Source of the DNA: a virus
Taxonomy: Duplodnaviria > Caudoviricetes
Strand: one strand, 5' to 3'
Virus record (IMG/VR): IMGVR_UViG_3300014208_000024
Span: 96,001 to 160,000 of that record
Length of the DNA: 64,000 nucleotides
The notes below the pieces were generated by a model, which saw only the letters and a list, made by a program, of their open reading frames with translations, ran no database searches and was not told where the DNA came from. A program made the position numbers and the translations under genes. Position 1 is the first letter of the stretch. Every line of letters begins with the position of its first letter. Shown piece by piece: positions 7,354 to 17,249 of this stretch.

Positions 7354-9933
7354 TTAATTACATTTTGAATATTGACCACAACTATTACATTTTAAACATC
7401 CTTCAACATATATAAGTTTAGCGCCACAAACTTCGCATGTATCTGGACTTATTGTTCCGTTTTTTACGTATTTTCTTAATGTTCTTACTACACCATTTTT
7501 CCACGTATTTAAAGTATCTCCTTTAAGTTTGAGACTACTTATTAAATTTACAGCATATGGTATAGGCATTCCATGTCTTAAAATAGCAGAAATCAATTTT
7601 GCATAATTCCAATATTCTTCATTAAAAGATCGTGAAAGTCCAGCCATTTCAACTGGATAACCATCTTTATCTATATATCTGAAATCATATATAGAAACAT
7701 CTTCTCCTACTTCGTTTTTAATTTTTCTTTTAATTACTTGGCCCTTTTCGACATATGATGGAATTGGAAAAGAATCAAGTTTTCCAGTAAATAATTCATA
7801 GGGAAATTCATTTTCTTCTGCTTGTTCAATTCCTTCTGGTGAAACTTTTCCTACAATAGCTACCCATTTTTCATAGTTATTGTTAAAAGTAAATACATCA
7901 GAGTTTACAACTTTTGGTCTTTTTCTAGCATTATTTTCAAATGTTTTCTTGTTTTTTTCTTCTTTAGCTGAAACTAAAACCCCGCTTCTACAACCATCTC
8001 TATAAACAGTCAAACCTTTACATCCAACTCTCCATCCAGTTTCATAAACTTTTGCAACCAATTCTTCTGTCGCATCACTTGGTAAATTAACTGTAACAGA
8101 AATTGAATGATCTACATGCTTTTGGACTCTGCCTTGCATTTCTACTTTTTTTACCCAATTAACATCAGCGGATGTGGCTTTGTGATAAGGAGATTTTTCT
8201 ACTATCTTACTTATTTCAGCGGAATTCATTTTTTTGACCTCTTCTACATTATATTCATTAACTTGAAGCCATGTCTCAAATTTATGATGAAATACGGGAT
8301 ATTCTTGCCAAGTATCTCCTTGTTTGTCTGTAAAATCTACTCTGGCATCTTTTTCTTGTGGATTAATTTTCCTTCTTCTCATATAATTTGGTAAGAAAAC
8401 AGGTTCAATCCCAGATGTTGTTTGTGTTAAAATTGAAACACTTCCAGTTGGGGCGATTGTTAAAAGTGCAATATTTCTTCTTCCATATGTCATCATCTCT
8501 TTATACAAATCTGCATCTTCCTCTTTTATTCTTTGTATAAATGGATTTTTTCTTTCTTTTTCCATGTCCCACACTTCAAAACTACCTCTTTCTTTTGCTA
8601 AATTTACAGAGCTTCTATATGCTTCAAGTTTAAGAATTTTTTGTACTTCTACTGAAAAATCAATTGCATCATCAGTTCCATAAGTTAAACCTAAAGCTGC
8701 AAGCATATCTCCTTCTGCTGTTATTCCCAATCCAGATCTTCTTCCTTTTTCCGCTTTGTTTTTTATTTGAATCCACAATTCTTTTTCTGTTCTTTTTATG
8801 TGTTCTGGCTCTGGATCATTTTCAATTTTACCTAAAATTAAATTTATTTTTTCTAATTCTAAATCTATCATATCATCCATCATTCTTTGAGCTTTATTAA
8901 CATGATCTTTAAAAAGAACGAAATTAAATTTAGCGTTTTTTGTAAATGGATTATCAACATATGAATATAAATTAATGGCAATAAGACGACAACTGTCTCC
9001 TGGACACAATGGTATTTCACCACATGGATTAGTACTAATAGTCTTAAAACCATCGTCTTGATAACAATCTGGAACCGATTCTTTAATTATTGTATCCCAA
9101 AACAACACACCAGGCTCAGCAGCCTTCCATGCATTATGAATTATTTTCTCCCAAAGTTTTTTAGCTTCAATTTCTTTAGAAAATATTGGAGATTTAGAAT
9201 CAATCGGATATTGTTGTGTAAATTTTTCTCCGTTCAGTGCAGCCTTCATAAAATCATCAGTTAACTTAATAGAAACGTTGGCTCCAGTGACTTTTCCTTC
9301 TTCCATTTTTGCGTCGATAAACTTTTCTGAATCTGGATGAACAATAGAAATTGATTCCATTAAAGCCCCCCTTCTTCCACCTTGAGCTACTTCTCTGGTT
9401 GAATTTGAATACCTTTCCATAAATGGAACCACCCCAGTTGAAGTAAGTGCTGAATTTAAAACGATAGATCCTTCAGGTCTTACAAATGATAAATCTAACC
9501 CAACACCAGCTCTTCTTTTTTGAAGTTGAACCAACTCTTGATCTAATTTAAGAATTCCCCCATATGAATCAGCATCAGTGTCATTTCCAATAACAAAGCA
9601 ATTTGAAATAGAAACATATTGAAAATTATTTCCAATCCCAGCCATTGGGCTTCCTTGAGGAATTACATACGAAAAATCTTTTATTAAATCAAATATTTCT
9701 TCTTCTGTTAATGGATTGTTATAATAACCTTCTATTCTAGCAAACTCTTTTGCTATCCTTTTATGCATATCATTTGGAGTGAGTTCATATATGTTTCCTT
9801 GTTTATCTCTAAGTGCATATTTTTTAACCCATACCTCTGCGGCCATTACATCTCCTTTAAAATATTCGGTGCTTGATTTTAGCGCTTCTTCTTTTGAATA
9901 AATTTTTTGTGTTTTTTTTTCTTTTACTTCCAT
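7354..9933 (-). CDS. nrdJ: Class II (adenosylcobalamin-dependent) ribonucleotide reductase
   Basis: TNPCGEIPL (NxCxE), SNCFV, RRSGLG, TIAPTG, C-terminal Cys pairs; N-terminus YFKGD..A..WVKKYAL resembles Bacteroidota NrdJ; alternative start 9987. Confidence 0.93.
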   Translation of the reverse strand: MEVKEKKTQKIYSKEEALKSSTEYFKGDVMAAEVWVKKYALRDKQGNIYELTPNDMHKRIAKEFARIEGYYNNPLTEEEIFDLIKDFSYVIPQGSPMAGIGNNFQYVSISNCFVIGNDTDADSYGGILKLDQELVQLQKRRAGVGLDLSFVRPEGSIVLNSALTSTGVVPFMERYSNSTREVAQGGRRGALMESISIVHPDSEKFIDAKMEEGKVTGANVSIKLTDDFMKAALNGEKFTQQYPIDSKSPIFSKEIEAKKLWEKIIHNAWKAAEPGVLFWDTIIKESVPDCYQDDGFKTISTNPCGEIPLCPGDSCRLIAINLYSYVDNPFTKNAKFNFVLFKDHVNKAQRMMDDMIDLELEKINLILGKIENDPEPEHIKRTEKELWIQIKNKAEKGRRSGLGITAEGDMLAALGLTYGTDDAIDFSVEVQKILKLEAYRSSVNLAKERGSFEVWDMEKERKNPFIQRIKEEDADLYKEMMTYGRRNIALLTIAPTGSVSILTQTTSGIEPVFLPNYMRRRKINPQEKDARVDFTDKQGDTWQEYPVFHHKFETWLQVNEYNVEEVKKMNSAEISKIVEKSPYHKATSADVNWVKKVEMQGRVQKHVDHSISVTVNLPSDATEELVAKVYETGWRVGCKGLTVYRDGCRSGVLVSAKEEKNKKTFENNARKRPKVVNSDVFTFNNNYEKWVAIVGKVSPEGIEQAEENEFPYELFTGKLDSFPIPSYVEKGQVIKRKIKNEVGEDVSIYDFRYIDKDGYPVEMAGLSRSFNEEYWNYAKLISAILRHGMPIPYAVNLISSLKLKGDTLNTWKNGVVRTLRKYVKNGTISPDTCEVCGAKLIYVEGCLKCNSCGQYSKCN

Positions 9934-9995
9934 AAATTGTATTTTTTCTGTCTCAATAAATAGAAAACAGTTTTTAATTTTTGGCAATTTCTTTA

Positions 9996-11459
9996 TTAAT
10001 CTTTTATCTCTTGAGTAAACTCTTGATTTTGTAATAATTGTCCTGCAGAGTTCATTATTTTATCTATATTATTTCTGTCTTTTTTATGTCTTTCAACAGA
10101 ATCTACTCCAATAATTGCACCTTTTTCAATGTGTGTATATTCTTCTTCATCTGGATTTTCAACTTCTATTTTTAAAATATTAGAATCAAATATCAATGAG
10201 AGTAATTTGCCTATTGGACCATTTCTGTTTTTTAATATTTTTAAACTTGCTTTATTTGAGCGCAATTGAACATCATCCCTGCCAAATCCAACAACCAAAT
10301 CTGCAATATTATTTTTTGCTTTTGCTTCTGCTGTCATGCCTAATTCAATTTCTTTTTTCGAATATCCATCTCCAGAAGTTTGCGAAGCTGTAAGAACAGG
10401 AACCCCAAATTCTATTGCCATTGCTCTTAAAGATTTATAAATATCCACCAGCTCATGTCTTAACAACTCACCTTTTTGTAAAGGTTTCATATTATCTGCA
10501 TAATCAACTATGATAATTTCTGGAATAAAATTTTCGTTACAACGAAGCCAATCTAAGTGAGTGTAAAAAGTATTTATTGTTGCAGTTCCGTCTGGGAAAT
10601 TTTTAATTTTAAGATTTATTTGTAATTCTTGTGCATTTTCAACAATCAACTCTTCGAAATTTGAAACGTCTCTAAGTGGAATGTTGTTTAAACAGGCATC
10701 AAATCTTTGTCCAACTATTTCTTCTGATAGTTCTAAGGTATAATACACAACTTTTTTTCTCTGTAACAGTGCTGCAACTCCATTTCTAACAAGAAACATA
10801 GATTTTCCTCCTCCAGTTGGAGCCATCACCACAAACAACTCACCAGAAGAAACTCCCTTTCCAATGTGTTTATCTAAACCTGGCAATATAGAAACTGGGT
10901 TCCTAAAATCTTTCTTCAATCTTTTTTTAACATCACGAACATAATCGTGACCAGAATTTTTTGGCTCTCCAGCTTTTAGAGCATCTTCCATTTTAACCTT
11001 CATAGAATCAAAGGTGTTTTTTTTCCAATCTACAGCAAGTTCTATGAGTGTATTTTTTATTTTTTGAGATTTGAAATATTTATAAGCTCTCTCTTTGACT
11101 GATTCTTTTTTTTGATGCTCTAAATCTAAAACTTTTATTTTTTCAATGAGGCCATAGATATGTTCTTTTAAAAGATCATCTTTTTCTTTATCATTAACCA
11201 TTTCTGCAAGCTCATCATAATCGGCTGAAATTCTATACTTTTTAAAAAATTCCATTTCATAATCTACCAAAATTTTATGATACCCATCAAAATATTCTGG
11301 AAATATAATATCCATTATTTGTTGAGGCCAATTGTTTTTGTCTTCAATAAAAACTTTTAAAAATTTTGATTGATAGTTTGATTCAAAAACATCTATGTTA
11401 TCATTAATAAAAGCTAATAATTCATCTTGTAAATTTTTATTTTTTTTACTATTAGTCAT
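9996..11459 (-). CDS. dnaB: DnaB/T4 gp41-like replicative helicase
   Basis: Walker A APTGGGKS, YYTLELS, IIVDYAD, PVLTASQT, ILKNRNG; start likely MTNSKK at 11459. Confidence 0.9.
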   Translation of the reverse strand: MTNSKKNKNLQDELLAFINDNIDVFESNYQSKFLKVFIEDKNNWPQQIMDIIFPEYFDGYHKILVDYEMEFFKKYRISADYDELAEMVNDKEKDDLLKEHIYGLIEKIKVLDLEHQKKESVKERAYKYFKSQKIKNTLIELAVDWKKNTFDSMKVKMEDALKAGEPKNSGHDYVRDVKKRLKKDFRNPVSILPGLDKHIGKGVSSGELFVVMAPTGGGKSMFLVRNGVAALLQRKKVVYYTLELSEEIVGQRFDACLNNIPLRDVSNFEELIVENAQELQINLKIKNFPDGTATINTFYTHLDWLRCNENFIPEIIIVDYADNMKPLQKGELLRHELVDIYKSLRAMAIEFGVPVLTASQTSGDGYSKKEIELGMTAEAKAKNNIADLVVGFGRDDVQLRSNKASLKILKNRNGPIGKLLSLIFDSNILKIEVENPDEEEYTHIEKGAIIGVDSVERHKKDRNNIDKIMNSAGQLLQNQEFTQEIKD

Positions 11460-11460
11460 A

Positions 11461-11865
11461 TTACTTTTTTTCAACACTTGCTAAAATTATTCCTTTATGT
11501 TCTTCGGATATTTTATTTATAATTATTTGACTAACTTTTTCAAATATAAAATACAATTCCACTTCATTTTGTGAAATATTTTTTTCTTCTATTCCACAAA
11601 CATCAAGTTTTAAATCGCTCAATATTTTATCAGAATATTTAACTATAAAAGAAATTGCATCCTTACTTTCTCCAAGTTTTAGTTTTAATGAAATTTTTTC
11701 TTCTAACTCAACACTCATGTCTTTGAATGTATAAAAAAAACTTACATTTTCATTTTCAAGAACTTCTTTTTGAAATCCTATTAAGTCAACTTCATACTGG
11801 AAGATAACATTACCACTTTTTTTGTTTTCAAGTTGAAAAACTAATTTCTCATTCGTTGAATCCAT
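11461..11865 (-). CDS. Hypothetical protein
   Basis: 134-aa ORF in the replication operon. Confidence 0.7.
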   Translation of the reverse strand: MDSTNEKLVFQLENKKSGNVIFQYEVDLIGFQKEVLENENVSFFYTFKDMSVELEEKISLKLKLGESKDAISFIVKYSDKILSDLKLDVCGIEEKNISQNEVELYFIFEKVSQIIINKISEEHKGIILASVEKK

Positions 11866-11869
11866 GTTT

Positions 11870-12886
11870 TTAATTTTTTAAATTTGTACTAAATTCTTTT
11901 TCTTTGTTTGTAATTCTGAAATATGGAGCAAAAAACAAATCTAAATACTCGCTTTTTACAAATTTAGTAAATCCTTTTCTAATAAACAAACTCATAGCAG
12001 AGTTTATTGAAAAATCTTTTGTTATTGGTTCGTAAAAAATTTTTTGCATCTCGTTTTTTACTTCTTCATTTATAAAAGGTTTTTTTAAATTCATTAGTTC
12101 TGCATTTCTATACAGAATACTTCTGCTTTTAATTATTTTATCGTAAATTTTTATTTTTTTCTCTCTTTTTTTATTATAACACTCTTCAACTAGACGGTTA
12201 TACATATATTTTTCTTCTGACATTCTTGGAAAATTTTCTAACAAATTTCCTGTTGTAACTCCATTAACTCCACTTATTTTATCAGCTTTATCTCCCTCAA
12301 AACATTTAAACAAAAGAGCGTTTTCAACTGGATAACCATATGTTTTTTTAAAATTATGTATGGTTATTAATTCAAAATTGTCTGGATTCAAAATGGAAAC
12401 TTTTGGACTTACAAGTTGAAGAAAATCTCCATCTCTACTGTATATTATTATTTCTTCGTTTTCAATCTTGCTATTTAAAATATAATAAGCAATCAAATCA
12501 TCAGCCTCTATGTACTTTACTTCAAGAAATCTGATGTGAAACGCTTCTAAAAATTCATTAACAACAAATTTTTGAAGAACTATCTCAAACCTTTCTTTGT
12601 CTTCTGGGGAATCCATTCCATTTGTAGAAATAGCATGTTCTTCTGCTTCCCAATCTTTCTTTCTGTTAGATTTATACGGTTTGTAAATTTCATATCTGAA
12701 CTTTCCAGCATTAAATCCATCCCACATTACCACAACTCTATCTGGTAACAATTTACTTATCACAGACTTTAAACTATCAAGAAAGCCAAATGAGCCCCCG
12801 CAAAGGTTCCCATTGGCTTCATATCCTTTTCTTTTGTGAAAGTTCTTTTTGAGGCACCAAGTCCCATCTACTATTAAAGTTACCAT
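11870..12886 (-). CDS. 5'-3' exonuclease / flap endonuclease (PolA N-terminal, T4 RNase H-like)
   Basis: LIVDG, VVMWDG, EADDLIA, SRDGDFLQLV, GDKADKISGV (H3TH). Confidence 0.92.
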   Translation of the reverse strand: MVTLIVDGTWCLKKNFHKRKGYEANGNLCGGSFGFLDSLKSVISKLLPDRVVVMWDGFNAGKFRYEIYKPYKSNRKKDWEAEEHAISTNGMDSPEDKERFEIVLQKFVVNEFLEAFHIRFLEVKYIEADDLIAYYILNSKIENEEIIIYSRDGDFLQLVSPKVSILNPDNFELITIHNFKKTYGYPVENALLFKCFEGDKADKISGVNGVTTGNLLENFPRMSEEKYMYNRLVEECYNKKREKKIKIYDKIIKSRSILYRNAELMNLKKPFINEEVKNEMQKIFYEPITKDFSINSAMSLFIRKGFTKFVKSEYLDLFFAPYFRITNKEKEFSTNLKN

Positions 12887-12890
12887 AAAA

Positions 12891-14036
12891 TTAGTTCTTT
12901 AAATATTTTTTAACAAATTTTTCTTCTGTGGTTTTGGTAAATTTTATAGCTCCATTTTTATATAAAAACATCACCTCATCATTAGTTAACATAATTGGAT
13001 CAATTATTTCATATTCAAGCATTTTATTATTACAAAAAGCCTTTCCAGCTTCTATTTTTAAAGATACTTTTTTCGTATTTTGTAATCTTTTCGGTTTAAC
13101 TTCAATCATTTTTTTATTTTCTATAATAAAATCTGCAAAATAATTTCGTTTTTTACCTTTTTCATCTATATAAGATATTTTAAATTCAGAACACTCGGCA
13201 GATTTCCATTGTAATTTTTCCTTTTCTATGATATTAATCATATATGAAAGTTCGTGAATACTCCTGAAAAACCAATCTTTATACCAACCACTCCAGCCAT
13301 TTCCAGCTCCACATGGAGGTGTTTTCCCAAACCAAAAATTATTCTCTCCGCTTAAAGAAATTGATAATCTTTCTTTATATAACAATTGTCTTTTTTCAGC
13401 TTCCTCTTCTCCATATTTTTTCAACCAAATATCATACAAACTTCCTTTTCCAAATCTTGGATTATTTTTTCCAGAAAATCTTTCTGCAAAAGATTTTTTA
13501 TATTCTTCACTTCTTATTTTTTTAAAAAATTTTTGCCGTTTTTCGCTTTTTGATGCGGTTTGTTTCATTTTACTTATTGACTCTTCTGAATGTGTCTTTC
13601 CGTAGAATGTGTTGCTTTTTCCTGTATGATTTTTCCCAAAAATAATGTGACTACATTTAGAACAAAGTGTTTTCTTTTTTTTTGCAGAGTTTCTATTTTG
13701 TTTATTTGTATGAATTATAATATCTTTACATTTTGGGCAAATACGCTCCCATTTAATTCCTTTATTGGTTAAAGCTATTTCTTTTTTGTTTTTTATACCC
13801 TCTTCTACATATTCTTTAACAAGTTTTTGATCGCTCCATATTTTTTTTATATGCTCTATTTGCACATCAGTTAATACTCTTTTGTTATATTTTTTACAAT
13901 TTAACAAAGTTTCATATTTTTTATTTAAAAAAAAACATTCTTTACATGAAACATTGTTTTTTTCAGCTTTGTTTCTGTTTTTTATATTAGAATAAAATAA
14001 TTCTTTTTTACATTTTGGACAGATTCTTTTATACAT
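12891..14036 (-). CDS. Free-standing homing endonuclease (Zn motifs + NUMOD3 + TnsA-like PD-(D/E)XK)
   Basis: Two KRICPKC repeats; NUMOD3-like FYGKTHSEESISKM and GENNFWFGK; RNYFADF...IEVKP; start 14036 supported by TATTTATA at 14054-14061. Confidence 0.8.
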   Translation of the reverse strand: MYKRICPKCKKELFYSNIKNRNKAEKNNVSCKECFFLNKKYETLLNCKKYNKRVLTDVQIEHIKKIWSDQKLVKEYVEEGIKNKKEIALTNKGIKWERICPKCKDIIIHTNKQNRNSAKKKKTLCSKCSHIIFGKNHTGKSNTFYGKTHSEESISKMKQTASKSEKRQKFFKKIRSEEYKKSFAERFSGKNNPRFGKGSLYDIWLKKYGEEEAEKRQLLYKERLSISLSGENNFWFGKTPPCGAGNGWSGWYKDWFFRSIHELSYMINIIEKEKLQWKSAECSEFKISYIDEKGKKRNYFADFIIENKKMIEVKPKRLQNTKKVSLKIEAGKAFCNNKMLEYEIIDPIMLTNDEVMFLYKNGAIKFTKTTEEKFVKKYLKN

Positions 14037-14102
14037 ATTATCATCTATTGTTTTATAAATAGTATAAAAAATCAATTATCACAATATTCTCAAAAAAACA
14101 TA

Positions 14103-15119
14103 TTATTCCGAGCTAACAGCTTTCCAATATTTATCGAACTCCAAATCCCAACCATCTTTATATTTCTTTTTGTATTCATCAATTTCAGATTCTAAAATAA
14201 AACCATGGTCAGTACAAACTATTGCACCATTTGCTGCAACATTTGTTATGTGATTTTTTTCAACAACCAAAGCACTTTTAATTGCAAATGCAATCTTTAC
14301 TCCATCTTTTGTCGCCGTAACTTTTGATGACCTACTCATAATTCCACCCTGTCTAAACACTAATGTGGATGCTAAATAAATTCCATCTCCACCATAAAGC
14401 TCAAGCCCAGATATTGTAGAAGGTGGTTTTGGTGGTGATGTATATGCGTGATTTACAACAATCATTGTGTTTGTATATGGACATTCTTTTTTTCTTGTTG
14501 CATTTATTTTAGGAGCCAAAAGTCTTGTGAATTGAGCCCTTAAAACTTTTGCTGTTACCATCATTGCTGTTTTTCCTCCATCCTCTTGTTGTGAAGCCCA
14601 TTCAGCTTTTGAAGGTGTCATTCCTATACTGTCCCAACAAAACAATAAATCATAATTCAACTCTCCCTTTTCTTGCTGCCTCATTAATTTTAATATTTCA
14701 TCTACCCCATCTTCAATAGTTTGTACACTATCAAAAACAATACAATCGTCTTTTACTAATCCCATAGTTGAAGCTCTTTCCCAACTAAATTTGTGTTCAG
14801 TTAAAATAAGAACTGGCAAAATTCCTTGTTTTTGCGCATAAGATGCAGCTTCTATAATCATTGTACTTTTACCCGTATCACTTCGACCATAATTGCAAAT
14901 TAAATGAGACAACGGAAGTCCTGGAAGTCTAGTAACTTCTTTAAACGCTGGGCTCATATCCAACCATTCTTGCGGCTTATATTCTGCTTCTTTAATATTG
15001 TTTTTAGCCTTATATTCGCTAAGACCAGAAAACTTTTTTCTTATAACAGAACCCGCTTCTTCTCCGTTTGTTTGTACCTCTTTCAAGGGTAAATCATTTT
15101 CAATTTTTTTCTTTGCCAT
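14103..15119 (-). CDS. recA: RecA/UvsX-like recombinase
   Basis: Walker A GRSDTGKST, Walker B FCWDSIG, IVVNHAY, GGDGIY. Confidence 0.88.
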   Translation of the reverse strand: MAKKKIENDLPLKEVQTNGEEAGSVIRKKFSGLSEYKAKNNIKEAEYKPQEWLDMSPAFKEVTRLPGLPLSHLICNYGRSDTGKSTMIIEAASYAQKQGILPVLILTEHKFSWERASTMGLVKDDCIVFDSVQTIEDGVDEILKLMRQQEKGELNYDLLFCWDSIGMTPSKAEWASQQEDGGKTAMMVTAKVLRAQFTRLLAPKINATRKKECPYTNTMIVVNHAYTSPPKPPSTISGLELYGGDGIYLASTLVFRQGGIMSRSSKVTATKDGVKIAFAIKSALVVEKNHITNVAANGAIVCTDHGFILESEIDEYKKKYKDGWDLEFDKYWKAVSSE

Positions 15120-15142
15120 AATATTCTTTATGTGGTTAATAA

Positions 15143-15505
15143 TTATTTCTGTGCCTGATTAGAAACAAATGGCTTCCAATCATACGCTTTTTGTCCTTTG
15201 TATTGTCCATCAGGAATCTCAATCGTCCTAAGATAGTAAATGTCATCATTTTTCTTTTGTTGACCAAAATTCAAAGTTGCTTTACATTTTTTGCACCTTA
15301 TATAAGTGTAATCGTAACCGTCTTCTTCTGTTACGTGTGCAGATAATTCAAGATTATCACTTCCACAAATACCACAAACATCAACGTCATTAAACGATAG
15401 TTTTTTTCCTTCCATTACAACTTCGTGTAAATTTTTTCCATCAACCATAAAAGTGTGAGTTTCTTTTCCGATTTTTTTCTTTAGGTAATAAGTAATTTTT
15501 CCCAT
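15143..15505 (-). CDS. Zn-ribbon hypothetical protein
   Basis: CGICGS...RCKKC, followed by ATLNFGQ. Confidence 0.7.
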   Translation of the reverse strand: MGKITYYLKKKIGKETHTFMVDGKNLHEVVMEGKKLSFNDVDVCGICGSDNLELSAHVTEEDGYDYTYIRCKKCKATLNFGQQKKNDDIYYLRTIEIPDGQYKGQKAYDWKPFVSNQAQK

Positions 15506-15529
15506 ATTTTTTGTTTTTTAAATTATATG

Positions 15530-15560
15530 CAAATATAGTAATAAATGTTTATAAAAACAA
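15530..15560 (-). promoter_or_regulatory. Bacteroidota-type promoter (TTG-N20-TATATTTG) for the recA-dnaB-nrdJ operon
   Basis: caaatata 15530-15537 and caa 15558-15560 on +. Confidence 0.7.
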
Positions 15561-15583
15561 GTTAAAATTCATTTTTATTAATA

Positions 15584-17212
15584 TTAATCCTCTACTACAT
15601 CTATTGGTTCACTTAAGTTTTTATAGTCATATCCGTTACTATAACTTATGCTAAAAAACATGTCTTTATAATACATAATCAACCTCGCTAAATCCTTTAC
15701 AATAAAAGACTCTTTTGGGTGAATATCAAACACAAGAGAATCGTGAACTTGAAATAAAAATTCACTTTTATAGTTTGATATGAAATTTTTTATTTTATAT
15801 AATTGATCTACTATAATTTCGACGGCTGATGATTGTAAAAAATTGTTAAAACTAGCAAAACCTTTTTCTGGCCTCACAATAGTTCCCCAGGGGTTTATTA
15901 TATACCCCCTTTCTTTAAACATCTCATTTAACTCATTTAACTTTTTAAGCAACGGGGCTAAAAATAATCTTATATTATAATATACCTCTTCAGAATTTTT
16001 TAAATAAGAAAGCTTTTGCATTACTGTGTTTTTTGATGCCCCGTATAAAATGTGATTATTTATACTTTTTGCAAAATCTCTATTTTCCTTGTAAATATGT
16101 ACATTTCCAAAAATTATATTTGCAGTATACTTATGAATGTCAATTTTATGAAATTTATCAATGAAATCTTTATCATCAGAAAAATATAAAGCTATCCTTG
16201 CTTCAAATGATGTATAATCGAATATAACGATTTTGCCGCCCTCAAATCTTGAGATGATGTTTTCCCTGTCTTTAGTTTTTTTATCCAAATTCTGAGGGTT
16301 ATATAAGCTATTAGCCACTATTCTTCCAGTTAAAGTTCTCTTATTGGAATAAGATACATTAACAAGCCTATTATCACCACTTATTTTTATGTCAACACCA
16401 TTTTTTTTAAAATCATTTGATACATTAAATTGCCTAGATGACAACCACTGGGTTATATTGTCTTTTTCACACGCTCTTTTAAGACTTGTTTTTTCATCAT
16501 CGGAAAATTCAAAATGAGAAACCTTACTCATTATAAATGGAATATACTTTTTTATTTCAAATCCAGGAATTATATTAAAATAAGACTCATCAACCTCTTT
16601 GCCGTATTTAACCCACCTAGCATTTTCAAATGTATATACACAATTTAATTCGTCAAACTCTACATAATCTGCAATGTTTTTATATGAAAAACAAAGACAC
16701 TTTGTTTTATTAATAAATCCAGTTATTATTCTTTTGTAGTTTTCATAAACCATTTCAAATGAATTTATATTCAATATAAAGTTTTTTCCATCGTTATGAA
16801 TATACAAGGACTTTTTGTTAAAATAAAAATAAGATTGTTCTTTTAAATTTAAGTTTTCTGAAATAAAATCTGAAAAAGTTTTTTTTTGAAACACTGGGTC
16901 AAACAAGATAAATTCCTTTGGGAGCCAACTTTTAACTGCACCATTTATGAATCTTTCAACTGTTACGTTGTATTCTTCCTCTTTTTCTAACTTGCTAAAT
17001 CCCCATTCAATATATTTACTTATTGACTTATCAAGAATGTTTTGAGATTTAAACCTGTTTTTTACAACAGACCACCCTATAATGAGAATTGGAATATTTT
17101 CCTCATATCCCTCATCATATGACAGACAAAGCTTTACGGGATATTTACTGACATATTCACGTAAAAATTCAAAATCCTCTTTTACTTCTGCTATAATTTT
17201 ACAAACATACAT
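15584..17212 (-). CDS. polA: Family A DNA polymerase domain protein without recognisable exonuclease domains
   Basis: Motif A FDYTSFEAR, motif B RDFAKSINNHILYG, motif C FQVHDSLVFD, LTGRI motif. Confidence 0.82.
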   Translation of the reverse strand: MYVCKIIAEVKEDFEFLREYVSKYPVKLCLSYDEGYEENIPILIIGWSVVKNRFKSQNILDKSISKYIEWGFSKLEKEEEYNVTVERFINGAVKSWLPKEFILFDPVFQKKTFSDFISENLNLKEQSYFYFNKKSLYIHNDGKNFILNINSFEMVYENYKRIITGFINKTKCLCFSYKNIADYVEFDELNCVYTFENARWVKYGKEVDESYFNIIPGFEIKKYIPFIMSKVSHFEFSDDEKTSLKRACEKDNITQWLSSRQFNVSNDFKKNGVDIKISGDNRLVNVSYSNKRTLTGRIVANSLYNPQNLDKKTKDRENIISRFEGGKIVIFDYTSFEARIALYFSDDKDFIDKFHKIDIHKYTANIIFGNVHIYKENRDFAKSINNHILYGASKNTVMQKLSYLKNSEEVYYNIRLFLAPLLKKLNELNEMFKERGYIINPWGTIVRPEKGFASFNNFLQSSAVEIIVDQLYKIKNFISNYKSEFLFQVHDSLVFDIHPKESFIVKDLARLIMYYKDMFFSISYSNGYDYKNLSEPIDVVED

Positions 17213-17216
17213 TCAG

Positions 17217-17248
17217 CAAAAGTAAATAAAAAAATTTTAATTAACAAA
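17217..17248 (-). promoter_or_regulatory. Bacteroidota-type promoter (TTTG-N20-TACTTTTG) for polA
   Basis: caaaagta 17217-17224 and caaa 17245-17248 on +. Confidence 0.72.
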
Positions 17249-17249
17249 T

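Noticed and set aside
12891-14075. Group I intron hosting the endonuclease ORFs (also 5383, 32993, 59083)
   Set aside because: Flanking genes are complete on both sides and there is no room for or sign of an intron core; the ORFs are intergenic
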